Origin: an uncultured Oscillospiraceae bacterium
GTDB taxonomy: Bacteria; Bacillota; Clostridia; Oscillospirales; Ruminococcaceae
Reading direction: 5' to 3'
Assembly: GCA_964635385.1 (NCBI GenBank)
Contig: CAZWNI010000001.1
Location: forward strand, 1-52,802
DNA: 52,802 bases
Shown: positions 30,012-39,478 of the stretch, in pieces
How the letters are laid out: every line of letters starts with the position of its first letter
Position numbering within the stretch: position 1 is the first letter of the stretch
Notes under the pieces: model-generated
What the model was told of the DNA's origin: nothing
What the model saw: the letters and a program-made list of their open reading frames with translations, nothing else
Database searches by the model: none
Translations under genes and position numbers: made by a program

Positions 30012-31175
30012 TCAGACATGGAAATGGGACAGGCCAAGCTGTGCCATCAGTTGGCGGTTTTTTTCCATTTCCTCCGGGGAAAGGGTTTTCAGCACTTCCA
30101 TTTCATGCCGGAATTTCCCGGTACCCTTTTTCAGCACCCGGAGCCACCGGCCCATCCAGCAAAAGGGCAGCAGTACCGGCAGCCGTTGCAGCACCGGAAA
30201 ATGGTAGCGCATATCCTTCAGCGGCGGGCAGAACCGCCGCAGCAGGTGCTTCCCCTTGGACTCCGCCTCGGCGGACTGGTTCAGCACCCGTTGTTCCTGG
30301 GTGCCGTACACCCCGCTTTGAAGGATATAGTCCTGCACCTGCTTCAGTTCCTCCGGACAGGGACTTCCCTCCATCCAGCACTCGCCCAGTTGAATCATCC
30401 GGCGGTAGAATTGGGAGAGGTTCAGCTTATCCAGCAGGACAAGCAGCTTTTTTTCTTCCAGAGGCGTCTGTTTTTGGTACAGCCAGAGATCCAGCACCGA
30501 CCGTGCCCCGGAACCGCCACCGGCAACGTGTTTGGCAAAGTGGGCCGTAAGGTAGGCGGCAAACCATTCCGGAGACAGTCGGTATTCCCAGCCGCCCTCC
30601 TCTTTGGGCTGAGCCTGGTCCCACACCGAAGCGAAAAAACGGCTCAAAGAAGCAGAAGTGTTTTCGGAAAACAGGCGGTAATGCAGCTCCACATGAAGGT
30701 AGGGCGGCTTGGAATAGGGGACGTCGTGGTCGAAGCCCTCCTCCTGCTCGAATCCATTGTCTTTCAGCCACTGTCCCGCTTTTTCCAAATCCTCTTTGTG
30801 CAGGAGGATATCCAGGTCGCACATGGTGCGCATCTCCGGTTTCGGGTACATGGGACGGAGCAAACTTCCCTTTAAGGGCAAAAACGGAATTTGCAGGGCG
30901 GGAAAGGACAGCCGCATCTGCTCCAACAGCCGGGACTGCGCCTGCTGCTGGGCCAAACCGCTGCCGACAGCCTGCATCCCCATCTGAAACACAGGAGAAG
31001 CAGGGCTGTCCACCAACTCCAAGGCGGGATATGCAATCATGACCCCAAGCTGATGAGCCTGCGCCAACTGAAAGACCCCCTTCCAATTTACCTGGACCGG
31101 GTCCAAACCGGGCGTTTTCGACTGCATGGCGCAGCGCACCAGTTCCAAAAAATCAGCAACTACCTGTTGATCCAT
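30012..31175 (-). CDS. Nucleotidyltransferase-fold protein (uncharacterised NTP_transf_5-like family)
   Basis: ATG at 31175 lies 6 nt after AAGGAG. PLKGS glycine-serine motif, then MCDLDILL (DxD). Confidence 0.65.
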   Translation of the reverse strand: MDQQVVADFLELVRCAMQSKTPGLDPVQVNWKGVFQLAQAHQLGVMIAYPALELVDSPASPVFQMGMQAVGSGLAQQQAQSRLLEQMRLSFPALQIPFLPLKGSLLRPMYPKPEMRTMCDLDILLHKEDLEKAGQWLKDNGFEQEEGFDHDVPYSKPPYLHVELHYRLFSENTSASLSRFFASVWDQAQPKEEGGWEYRLSPEWFAAYLTAHFAKHVAGGGSGARSVLDLWLYQKQTPLEEKKLLVLLDKLNLSQFYRRMIQLGECWMEGSPCPEELKQVQDYILQSGVYGTQEQRVLNQSAEAESKGKHLLRRFCPPLKDMRYHFPVLQRLPVLLPFCWMGRWLRVLKKGTGKFRHEMEVLKTLSPEEMEKNRQLMAQLGLSHFHV

Positions 31176-31211
31176 AACCTTCTCCTTCCCCACTTCACAC
31201 AATTTAATTCT

Positions 31212-31240
31212 ATTATAATAAAACGCCGCCTCAGGGTCAA
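31212..31240 (-). promoter_or_regulatory. Putative promoter of the NTase/transglutaminase-like bicistron
   Basis: The minus strand reads TTGACC-17 nt-TATAAT. The -35 lies inside the loop of the hydF terminator. Confidence 0.45.
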
Positions 31241-31258
31241 CACCCAAAAGGCGGCGTT
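31222..31258 (-). terminator. Intrinsic terminator after hydF
   Basis: AACGCCGCC / GGCGGCGTT 9-bp stem, followed on the minus strand by TTTATTATAA. Confidence 0.6.
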
Positions 31259-31276
31259 TGGTACATCAAATCCGGA

Positions 31277-32518
31277 TCATGGCAGCAGTGCGGCAATCTG
31301 GGGGAACACCGCCACGCTGCGTTTTAAGATTCCTTTCAACTGGGCAATGAGGATACCATAATTGGTCATGGGCGTCCCCTGATCCAGTGCGCAGCTCATT
31401 CGGTACTTCATCTCCCTGGCGTTGAGCATACAGCCCCCGCAGTGGACAATCATCTTATACTGCCCCAATTCATCGGAAAACTCGGTGCCGGAAGTAAAGG
31501 CGAAGTTCAGCTTCTTGCCGGTATACTCTCCGATCCAGCGGGGGAGTTTCACACTGCCGATGTCGTCGCACTGACGGTGGTGGGTGCAGCCCTCGCAGAT
31601 TAAGACCGTGTCCCCGTGTTCCAGGGTATCCAAAGCAGCAACTCCTTTGACCGAAGGCTCCAGGGTGCCTTTATACCGGGCAAAGAGAATGGAAAAGGAG
31701 GTCAGTGGAATGGTTGTTGGAGTGATTTTACTGACCTGGGCAAAGGCCTGGCTATCGGTGACCACCAGCCGGGGGATCTGTCCCAGCCGGGCCAAGGTGG
31801 ATTCCAGTTCCGTATCCCGGCACACCACCGGAATGGCTCCGGTGTCCAGCAGATCCCGGATCACCTGCTGCTGGGGTAAGATGAGACGGCCTTTGGGGGC
31901 CGCTTTATCAATAGGCACCACCAGCACTACAAAATCCTCTGGGCTTACCAGATCCGACACCAAAGGCTGCTGGTTCTCCTCCGGTTTTGCCAGATGAGCC
32001 AGCCGTTCCTTCAGCTCAAAGATACCCGTTTTTTCGGTGGCGCTGACCCACAAAATCTGGTCTTGAGGGATACCGTCCCGGAGCAAAGCGGCCTCCGTTT
32101 CCTGCTGCTGGGCGGGGGTGATCTGATCCTGCTTATTCACCACCGCCATCCAGGGGATCTTTTTCTCCCGGATCTTGGCAATCAGTGCCAGATCTTCCGG
32201 AGTGGCTCCCAAGGCGCCGTCCAGCACTACCACAGCAGTGTCGGTTTTGTTCAGAGCCTGGTAGCTTTTTTTCACCCGCAAAGCGCCCAGTTCCCCGGTG
32301 TCGTCGATGCCGGGGGTATCCATTAAGGTTACCGGCCCCAAAGGGAGCAGCTCCATGGATTTATACACCGGGTCGGTGGTGGTGCCCTTTACCTGGGAAA
32401 CCACCGCCAGATTTTGCCCGGTGACTGCGTTCATCACGCTGGATTTTCCGGCGTTGCGCCGGCCGAAAAAACCGATATGCACCCGCTCGGAAGTAGGGGT
32501 TTGATTCATTCCAGCCAA
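31277..32518 (-). CDS. hydF: [FeFe]-hydrogenase H-cluster maturation GTPase HydF
   Basis: GTPase G1 GRRNAGKSS. C-terminal cluster motif CEGCTHH...HCGGC. TTG start 8 nt after AAGGAGG. Confidence 0.88.
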   Translation of the reverse strand: MAGMNQTPTSERVHIGFFGRRNAGKSSVMNAVTGQNLAVVSQVKGTTTDPVYKSMELLPLGPVTLMDTPGIDDTGELGALRVKKSYQALNKTDTAVVVLDGALGATPEDLALIAKIREKKIPWMAVVNKQDQITPAQQQETEAALLRDGIPQDQILWVSATEKTGIFELKERLAHLAKPEENQQPLVSDLVSPEDFVVLVVPIDKAAPKGRLILPQQQVIRDLLDTGAIPVVCRDTELESTLARLGQIPRLVVTDSQAFAQVSKITPTTIPLTSFSILFARYKGTLEPSVKGVAALDTLEHGDTVLICEGCTHHRQCDDIGSVKLPRWIGEYTGKKLNFAFTSGTEFSDELGQYKMIVHCGGCMLNAREMKYRMSCALDQGTPMTNYGILIAQLKGILKRSVAVFPQIAALLP

Positions 32519-32591
32519 TCTTTGTTCCTCCTTATGGTTTCACGATATTAAAATTAGTATAGCACATCTAGCCGGGGTTGACCAGTCATAC

Positions 32592-32638
32592 AAAAAAGAA
32601 GAACGCTTTTCCCGGAAAAAAACTCCGAAAAAAGCGTT
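32592..32638 (-). terminator. Intrinsic terminator after the AAAEQ-repeat lipoprotein gene
   Basis: AACGCTTTT / AAAAGCGTT stem, followed on the minus strand by CTTCTTTTTTG. Confidence 0.5.
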
Positions 32639-32659
32639 TTATTCTTCCTTTTCTAAAGA

Positions 32660-33517
32660 TTACGAAATGTAAACGCCGGTCAGGCAGCCCTCTTCTTCCT
32701 GTTCCTGCTCCTGCTCCTCCTGAGCGGCGGCCTCTTGCTGAGCCTGCAGCAGTGCGGCCTGTTGCTCAGCGGCAGCCTGTTCGGCGGCAGCTTGTTCCGC
32801 TGCGGCCTGCTCGGCGGCAGCCTGTTCCGCTGCGGCCTGTTCGGCGGCAGCTTGCTCCGCTGCGGCCTGCTCGGCGGCAGCCTGTTCCGCTGCGGCCTGC
32901 TCGGCGGCGGCTTGCTCCGCTGCAGCCTGTTCGGCGGCAGCCTGTTCCGCTGCGGCCTGCTCAGCGGCAGCAGCTTCCTCTGCCTGCTGCTGTGCTAAAG
33001 CAATGGCGGCGGTTTCGGCTTCCTGGGTGCTTACTTCCTCTTGAGTGGACAGGCTGGTGTACTCCAGATAAGGCACTCCATCTTCCAGATACAGGGTGCA
33101 GGCGTCCATATCGTCAAAGGGTACGGTGGTGAATTCCAAAGTACTGCCGTCTGCCAAGGTGAGCTGCATTTCATAGCCATCGCTTACCTCCACACCGCTT
33201 TCGGTTTGGGAAACGTCAGTTTCTTCCGGCAGGTAGTACACCAGGGCCGTTTCTCCCTGGCTCCAGGTCTGTTCTTCTTCCATCAGGCTGTCGGGGTAGC
33301 TTTCTTCACTGGTGAGCTTCACCGCCACCGCAGTGATGTCCTGGCCGATCTGATTGTCCATGACCACCTCATAGGCGCCTTCCTGTTCCTGGCCTATGGT
33401 GAGTTGGACATCTGTGGTTTCTGAAGCGGCGTCCTCGGAATCACTTCCAGAACAGCCGGTCATCAATAGTCCGGCGGCTGCTAACATACAAAGCATAAGG
33501 CTGATTTTCTTCTTCAT
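32660..33517 (-). CDS. Lipoprotein with a C-terminal (AAAEQ)14 repeat and an acidic tail
   Basis: Lipobox LLMTGCSG. Globular N-domain, 14 consecutive AAAEQ units, then QEEQEQEQEEE. Confidence 0.8.
   Translation of the reverse strand: MKKKISLMLCMLAAAGLLMTGCSGSDSEDAASETTDVQLTIGQEQEGAYEVVMDNQIGQDITAVAVKLTSEESYPDSLMEEEQTWSQGETALVYYLPEETDVSQTESGVEVSDGYEMQLTLADGSTLEFTTVPFDDMDACTLYLEDGVPYLEYTSLSTQEEVSTQEAETAAIALAQQQAEEAAAAEQAAAEQAAAEQAAAEQAAAEQAAAEQAAAEQAAAEQAAAEQAAAEQAAAEQAAAEQAAAEQAAAEQQAALLQAQQEAAAQEEQEQEQEEEGCLTGVYIS
32759..32971 (-). repeat. 15-nt in-frame tandem repeat, 14 units encoding AAAEQ
   Basis: Plus-strand units follow YTGYTCNGCNGCNGC. Alternating synonymous variants give a 30-nt super-period. 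Confidence 0.9.
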
Positions 33518-33548
33518 AATGGTTTCCTTCCTTTTTTTGGTTTATTCA

Positions 33549-34979
33549 CTAAGTTTCCAGTGTGGTGGACAGGGTTTTGACGACCTGGTAACCCTCTCCC
33601 TGGGAAATGATTACCTGAATCTCCACCGAACCGGAATTGGCTTCATTGGCCAGCAGGTACATCAAATAGCCGTTATCCTGCACCTCGTCCTCCGTCTCTA
33701 CCGACAGATAGAAAGGCTGATAGGTCGTCTCCGATCCGGTTTCCTGCCACCGGATACGCACCAGGATCTGGGTGTCCTCTTCAAACAGGTCGGGGTCAAC
33801 CAGGCCCTGGATCTGCCAGTAAGCGCCGTTTCGGGACACTTCCACCGTGGTGGCGGAATCGGTTTCTTCCCCTTGTACAGTGACCTTGGTGACCGGAGCC
33901 TGCATCAGCGCCGGCTCACGGGAAAAGCCGCTGAGGTTGCGCTCCGCCCGCTCCAGAATCACGGTGTCCGCCCCATACGCCACAGCGCTGGAGATGCTGT
34001 ACGGTTCCAGGCGGGAGAAATAAGCAGTGCCGTATTCCTGTGCCAAAAAGGGCAGCAGGCTTTCCCCGAAGGAATCCCGGAACATAAAGAGGACGCCGGT
34101 TTGATTCGAATTGGCGGTCTCGATCCAGGAGTCCATATTGTCCTCCACCTCATTTTGGTAGGTGAACTCCCAGTCAACCTGGTAGATATAGTCTTCTTCC
34201 AGCTCCACTGCTTCGGGATAAATCATCTCCGCCAGATCCCCGGAGTGGTTCTTCTCCACCAGATAGGGCACGTCTTCATAGGTCTCCCACTGGGATTTGG
34301 AGGTGGCCTCCATCAACTGGTTATAGGCCAGCACAGCGCCCTGGGTGTTCCAGTGGCTGTCCTGCTTAAAGTAAAGGCAGTCTTCCTCATTTTGGAACGC
34401 TTCCAGCAGGTTCACATAATTGACGCCCATCTCTTCCAGCAGAGGAGCCAGCCGTTCCAGGTTGGTCTCACCCTCCCCCGGCCAGAGGTAATAGGGCATA
34501 TGCTCCGGATAGAGACTGGCCTTATTGGGGGGCACAGTGAAGATAAAGTCCATGCCGCAAAGCTCGTAGTAGGACTGAATGAGTTTCAGGTTGTAGGCTA
34601 CGTTGTACAGCTCCCGGTCACTCATCTGATCCCGCAGCTGGTAATCGTTCTGGGTGCCGACAAAATACAGCCAATCGTCGCTGCCCACAATGATCTGGTT
34701 GGTGGAGGAGGTTCGCAACAGGGTGGATTGGAGGATAGAGTTAATGGTAATCAGTTCCGGACGAAATGCAAAATGGTCCTCAAAATAGTCGCCGGAATCC
34801 TCCAAAATGTTTTCGTTGAAGGAGCCGTCCTCCTTGGTGAGGCTGGGGACTTCCGCCAAAGAAGTGGTTTCCGTGGTCCATTGACTCTGCGCTACCGTCA
34901 TTCCCATAGATGGAATCAGCAAAATCACCAGCAGGATCGCCACATAGCCGAGATACATTTTTTTGGTTTTCTTTTTCAT
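33549..34979 (-). CDS. AlgX/AlgJ-like SGNH-fold O-acetyltransferase partner protein
   Basis: N-terminal TM or signal segment. FKQDSHWNTQGA (DSHW motif) and a C-terminal beta-rich domain. Sits immediately downstream of the MBOAT gene. Confidence 0.7.
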   Translation of the reverse strand: MKKKTKKMYLGYVAILLVILLIPSMGMTVAQSQWTTETTSLAEVPSLTKEDGSFNENILEDSGDYFEDHFAFRPELITINSILQSTLLRTSSTNQIIVGSDDWLYFVGTQNDYQLRDQMSDRELYNVAYNLKLIQSYYELCGMDFIFTVPPNKASLYPEHMPYYLWPGEGETNLERLAPLLEEMGVNYVNLLEAFQNEEDCLYFKQDSHWNTQGAVLAYNQLMEATSKSQWETYEDVPYLVEKNHSGDLAEMIYPEAVELEEDYIYQVDWEFTYQNEVEDNMDSWIETANSNQTGVLFMFRDSFGESLLPFLAQEYGTAYFSRLEPYSISSAVAYGADTVILERAERNLSGFSREPALMQAPVTKVTVQGEETDSATTVEVSRNGAYWQIQGLVDPDLFEEDTQILVRIRWQETGSETTYQPFYLSVETEDEVQDNGYLMYLLANEANSGSVEIQVIISQGEGYQVVKTLSTTLET

Positions 34980-34991
34980 GGCTCTCCTCCC

Positions 34992-36386
34992 TTAAAACCG
35001 GAAATAGATGAAGGGATTGTAGGCGCCCCCGGCCAGGTACAGCAGGCAAAGCAGCAGCACCACGCCGCTGGCAACCAAGGACACCGGCTGGAGCTTGGCC
35101 TTCACCTCCGGCGAAAGGCTGGCCCGCAATTTCGGCACAATGGGGGTAGCGGCGAAGATGGCCACCGCCAGAGTCACCAAAAACAGGGGGGTAAGCTGTT
35201 CCATGGCGGGAATCATAGCCGCCTGGGAGAAGTCAAAGCCGGCGAACAGGTTGGCCAGCATATCCCCCGCCTGGGAGATGGTGTCCGCCCGGAAGAGCAC
35301 AAAGCCCACCAGCACCACCAGCAGCACATAAATGTGTTTGAGCCAGCGGGGCAGCTTTTTGATGGGGACCAAATCTTCCAGCAGCAAAAAACAACCGTGA
35401 AACAGTCCCCACAGCACGAAAGTCCAGTTGGCGCCGTGCCACAAACCAGTGCAGAAAAAGACGATGATCTTGTTCAAGCAGGTTCGGGCCCTTCCCTTTC
35501 GGTTGCCCCCCAGAGGAATGTACAGGTATTCCTTAAACCAGGTGGACAGGGAAATGTGCCACCGCCGCCAGAATTCCTTAATGCTCTGGGAGATATAAGG
35601 ATAATTGAAGTTTTCCAAAAAGTGGAACCCAAACATATGGCCCATGCCGATGGCCATATCGCTGTAACCGGAAAAGTCGAAGTAAATCTGCATCAGGTAG
35701 GCCACTGCGCCGATCCAGGCGGAGAGAATATTCAGCTCCCCGCTGTCCAGGGCGAAGATGGCGTCCGCCGCCGAACCCATTGCATTGGAAATCAGCACCT
35801 TTTTCCCCAAACCCACCGTAAACCGGCGGAAACCTTTGGCGATTTCCTCCATATCTGCGTGACGGTTTTCGATCTGGGCATCAATGTCATGGTACTTGAC
35901 GATAGGCCCGGCAATGAGCTGGGGAAAGAAGGAGATGTACAGGCAGAAGTTCCGCAGCTTTTTCTGCATGGCCGCTTCTCCCCGGTACACGTCGATGACG
36001 TAGGACATGGCCTGGAAGGTGTAAAAGGAAATGCCGATGGGAAGCTCCAGATCCGGAATGGGCAGAGACAGGCCGGTAAACTGATCCACGCTCTGCACAA
36101 ACCAGCCGGCGTACTTGAATACGAACAGCATACCCAGGTTCAATATCACCGACAGAATCAAAAACTGCTTGCGGTGGTAATTGCGGCCGATGAGCCGGCC
36201 AAATCCATAGTTGAATCCCACACTGACCAGCATCAGCAGGATATACACCGGTTCACCATAGGCATAAAACAGCAAACTAGCAATGATCAGCAGGACATTC
36301 CTGGCCCCTGTGGTGGGAATCAAATAATAGAGCAGAAACACCACCGGGAGAAAAACACACAGAAAGACGAGTGAGCTAAATACCAT
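34992..36386 (-). CDS. MBOAT-family membrane O-acyltransferase (AlgI/DltB-like)
   Basis: 464 aa, polytopic. Conserved FWRRWHISLSTWFKEYLYIPLGGNR with the catalytic His. Confidence 0.9.
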   Translation of the reverse strand: MVFSSLVFLCVFLPVVFLLYYLIPTTGARNVLLIIASLLFYAYGEPVYILLMLVSVGFNYGFGRLIGRNYHRKQFLILSVILNLGMLFVFKYAGWFVQSVDQFTGLSLPIPDLELPIGISFYTFQAMSYVIDVYRGEAAMQKKLRNFCLYISFFPQLIAGPIVKYHDIDAQIENRHADMEEIAKGFRRFTVGLGKKVLISNAMGSAADAIFALDSGELNILSAWIGAVAYLMQIYFDFSGYSDMAIGMGHMFGFHFLENFNYPYISQSIKEFWRRWHISLSTWFKEYLYIPLGGNRKGRARTCLNKIIVFFCTGLWHGANWTFVLWGLFHGCFLLLEDLVPIKKLPRWLKHIYVLLVVLVGFVLFRADTISQAGDMLANLFAGFDFSQAAMIPAMEQLTPLFLVTLAVAIFAATPIVPKLRASLSPEVKAKLQPVSLVASGVVLLLCLLYLAGGAYNPFIYFRF

Positions 36387-36425
36387 CCCATGGCCTCCTT
36401 TTTTCTCGCTGTATTCTCAAAATCA

Positions 36426-39389
36426 TCAATAGGCCGACAGTTCGGGATAGTAGGTGAAGGGCGAGCTGCTGTAGGTAACCATATAGGCATTGCGGCCGGT
36501 TTCATACTCCGCATTCGGGTCGCAGATATAGGTGGTGCCGTTGATTCGGATTTCCACCCAGGCATGGGGACCGGTGCCGCCGGCGGCCATTCGCACCCGT
36601 CCTTCGTACAGGGTTACGTCATACCCCAATTCCTTTGCCACCCAATAGAAGGTAGCGGCGTAGCAGAAGCAGTTGCCGCGGCGGTTCTGGTAGGCGTAAA
36701 CGAAATAATACTGCTGACGGGTATAGCCTTCGGGATAGCTCATGGGAACTTCCAAAGTCTGATATGTGATGTTATCCACAGCCCAGCGGTAAATCTGGTA
36801 CAGGTCTCCCCCGGTTAGCTGGATCAGCTCGTTGGCGTACTGGCGCACCAGCCGGTCGCCAATGGTGCCGAACTCACCGTCCGTAAATGTAAACTGATAG
36901 CTCTTGTAATACTGGCCATTGATGTAGCAATGAGTGGTAAAACTGCCGGAATCGTAGTGGTTTTCACTGCGGATAATGGCTTCCCAGTCGCCGTCTGCAT
37001 TCTGAGTAGCGGTGTACCATACAAGATCATCTTGGCCGTTGGTGTCGCTCCAGGTGGGGAACAGCACTTCCGTGGTTCCGGCAGGCGCGTTTTGCAGCAA
37101 AGCACGGCGGGTACCGGTACCGGAATCATTGAGGACGCAGAAGAACCCTTCCGGTTCAAAAGTATAGGAAGTGCTTCCGGCCATCACCTGAATGCCGTTG
37201 CCCATGGTCACATAAACATGGATCTGATAGGTGCCTAAATGGGCGTTGTGGTTTATTACATTGATGGTTGCCGTGTAACTACCATCGCTTTGGGCCTGAG
37301 CTTCATACCAGACGATATCGCTCTGGTCGGTCGAACACCAGGCAGGGATCAACACCGAACTGACGCCGGAGTTGGACTGGCCTGGGCGCACCGTCACCTG
37401 GAAGGTGCCGGCATTGTCGTCCACCTGGGTGATTTCCACGGTAGCCTGCACGGTGCCGGTAACTTCCAACTGATCGTAGGTGCCTAAACCTACCATGTCG
37501 CCGCCCTGGGTTTGGGCATAAACATGCACGCTGTAGTGGCCCAAGGTGCGGTGATTCGTAATTTCAATGGTGCCGGTGTAGGTGCTGCCGCTGCCGGTCA
37601 GGGTGTACCACACAAGGTCGTCCTGGCCGTTGTCATCGCTCCAAACCGCAACCATGACGCTGGCGGCCCCGGCAGGCACCTGAACATCTTCCACCACAAT
37701 GGGGAAGCTTTTTTCACTGGCGTCATGCCCAACGTTAATCGCCCCTACGGAAGCAGAAAAAGTAAATGAGGTTCCGCTAAGGCCGACTACATTTCCCCAT
37801 TGATCCGTCACATAGATGTGCGCAGTATAAGTACCTAAATGATAGCTGTGGCTGGCGATGGAGGAAGTAACCTGATAGCTGCCATCGCTTTGCTTTTCCG
37901 CTTCATACCAGACAATGTCGCTTTGGTCTGCCTGGCTCCAAACAGGAATCTGCACCTTTTGCACACCGGAGTTTTCGAAACCGGTTACCACAATGCTAAA
38001 ACTGCCGTCGGTCTGGTTGGTGGATACTTCCACCGAATCGGTCTGGGGCTGCGTTAAAGTAAAGGTAGTTTTGCACAAAAAAACCATCTGATCCGCAGCA
38101 TTGACCCCGTACACATGAACCTGATAGGTTCCGTAACCGGTATAGTCGCTCAAAGAAATAGTGCAGGAAGCCGAATAACTGCTGCTTTGATACGAAGCTG
38201 CCGTCCAATGGAGATCGTCCTGTCCGTTTTCTTCACTCCAAACTGCAAACAAAACCTCTTTCAACCCGCCGGGTACGATCAGGTTTTCCGCCTGGAGGGT
38301 ACAGTAGGCATCGCTTATCTGAGCGGATGCAGTTGCCTGTCCAACCGTAAAGGATGCCGTGGTATCGCCTTTCAGTTCTGTTAAGCCGCTGCCGCTGCTC
38401 ACATAAACGTGTATGGAATAGGTGCCCAAATCATACTGGTGATTGGCCAAATTGATGTTTGCCAAATACTCTCCATCTCCGGAGGAAGAAGCGGTATACC
38501 AATAAATATTACTTTGATCGCTCTTGCTCCAAACAGCCACCTGTACCTGTTCAATGCCTGTTGGGCTGCTTATCCCAGTCATACGAATTTGGCAAGTGCC
38601 TTCCTCATTACTCAAATTCTCGACGATGATTTCAGACAAAGTACTGCCAACCACGGTAAACCCGGTAGCTCCTACCCATTCCATGGCGCCGTCTTCGTAT
38701 TGCAGATAAAAATGTACATTATAATAGCCGGAAGAAGCATGGGACAGCAAATCGCAGGATACGGTATATCTGCTCCCGTCCTGGTACAGCTCCAGCCATT
38801 CCAAGTCGTCTTGGCCATCTTTCTCACTCCACACCGCTGCCATTAAGTGCGAGCCATCTGCAGGCATGGTGTAGTCTATAGCTGTAATCGTGGCGGTTTG
38901 CTCCATGGCATCTGGCAGGGCAAAAAGCAGCGTCTCCGTATGCTGAATATCCTCTACAACATAGGAAGCGCCCTCTTGCAGCTGCATTTCCCCGGAAGAG
39001 GTCTGCCAATATACATGGAAATAATAGGTTCCTGTAACGTTTCCGTGCTGGGAAAGATCCAGGTAGGTATAGTAGCTACCCGTTCCGTCGGCACTCAAGG
39101 TGATCCATTCCAAATCGTCCTGACCGTCGAGGTCACTCCAGACAGCCACCACCAGGCTGCCCTCGTCGGAAGGGCGGGAACCGGTATAGCTGATCTGAAT
39201 TAACCGTCCGGTGCCGTCCACGTCGGTCAGGCTTAAGCTGTCGGAACTGCTGGTTTGCACTTGAGCCGATAAATAGTCTGTTACCTGAGGCAAAACTTCT
39301 GCTGCAGTAGCCAAAATCCCGCCCGATCCGGTAAGACTTACGCACAGCGCCAGCGCAGCAGCGCAGCATCTTTTCCATTTTTGTTTCAA
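36426..39389 (-). CDS. Secreted surface protein with 8 GBS Bsp-like repeats and a C-terminal transglutaminase-like core
   Basis: Signal peptide. Eight ~100-aa repeats, each with (V/I)xxWS..(DGQDDL/DQSDIVW)xW ... GxYxxHxY. C-terminal Cys (RRGNCFCYAATF), His and Asp (GPHAWVEI...YICDP). Confidence 0.8.
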   Translation of the reverse strand: MKQKWKRCCAAALALCVSLTGSGGILATAAEVLPQVTDYLSAQVQTSSSDSLSLTDVDGTGRLIQISYTGSRPSDEGSLVVAVWSDLDGQDDLEWITLSADGTGSYYTYLDLSQHGNVTGTYYFHVYWQTSSGEMQLQEGASYVVEDIQHTETLLFALPDAMEQTATITAIDYTMPADGSHLMAAVWSEKDGQDDLEWLELYQDGSRYTVSCDLLSHASSGYYNVHFYLQYEDGAMEWVGATGFTVVGSTLSEIIVENLSNEEGTCQIRMTGISSPTGIEQVQVAVWSKSDQSNIYWYTASSSGDGEYLANINLANHQYDLGTYSIHVYVSSGSGLTELKGDTTASFTVGQATASAQISDAYCTLQAENLIVPGGLKEVLFAVWSEENGQDDLHWTAASYQSSSYSASCTISLSDYTGYGTYQVHVYGVNAADQMVFLCKTTFTLTQPQTDSVEVSTNQTDGSFSIVVTGFENSGVQKVQIPVWSQADQSDIVWYEAEKQSDGSYQVTSSIASHSYHLGTYTAHIYVTDQWGNVVGLSGTSFTFSASVGAINVGHDASEKSFPIVVEDVQVPAGAASVMVAVWSDDNGQDDLVWYTLTGSGSTYTGTIEITNHRTLGHYSVHVYAQTQGGDMVGLGTYDQLEVTGTVQATVEITQVDDNAGTFQVTVRPGQSNSGVSSVLIPAWCSTDQSDIVWYEAQAQSDGSYTATINVINHNAHLGTYQIHVYVTMGNGIQVMAGSTSYTFEPEGFFCVLNDSGTGTRRALLQNAPAGTTEVLFPTWSDTNGQDDLVWYTATQNADGDWEAIIRSENHYDSGSFTTHCYINGQYYKSYQFTFTDGEFGTIGDRLVRQYANELIQLTGGDLYQIYRWAVDNITYQTLEVPMSYPEGYTRQQYYFVYAYQNRRGNCFCYAATFYWVAKELGYDVTLYEGRVRMAAGGTGPHAWVEIRINGTTYICDPNAEYETGRNAYMVTYSSSPFTYYPELSAY

Positions 39390-39478
39390 AGTCTTTTCCT
39401 CCTTGTTGTTTTTTATTGAATGAAAATAAAATAAAACGGATACAAAAACAAAAAGCGGAGCCCTATGGTATGTTCTTT

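Noticed and set aside
32578-33132. Plus-strand ORF with a striking P/R/V-rich repeat (RRQPVPLRPA...)
   Set aside because: It is the reverse-complement reading of the AAAEQ repeat. The minus-strand product has a clean lipoprotein signal peptide and lipobox, so the plus-strand ORF is a mirror artefact.
33396-36374. 992-aa plus-strand ORF, the longest in the track
   Set aside because: It is antisense to the MBOAT and AlgX/J-like genes, which carry the family-defining WHISLS and DSHW motifs. The translation is low-complexity (H, Q, G, L-rich) with no domain signature.
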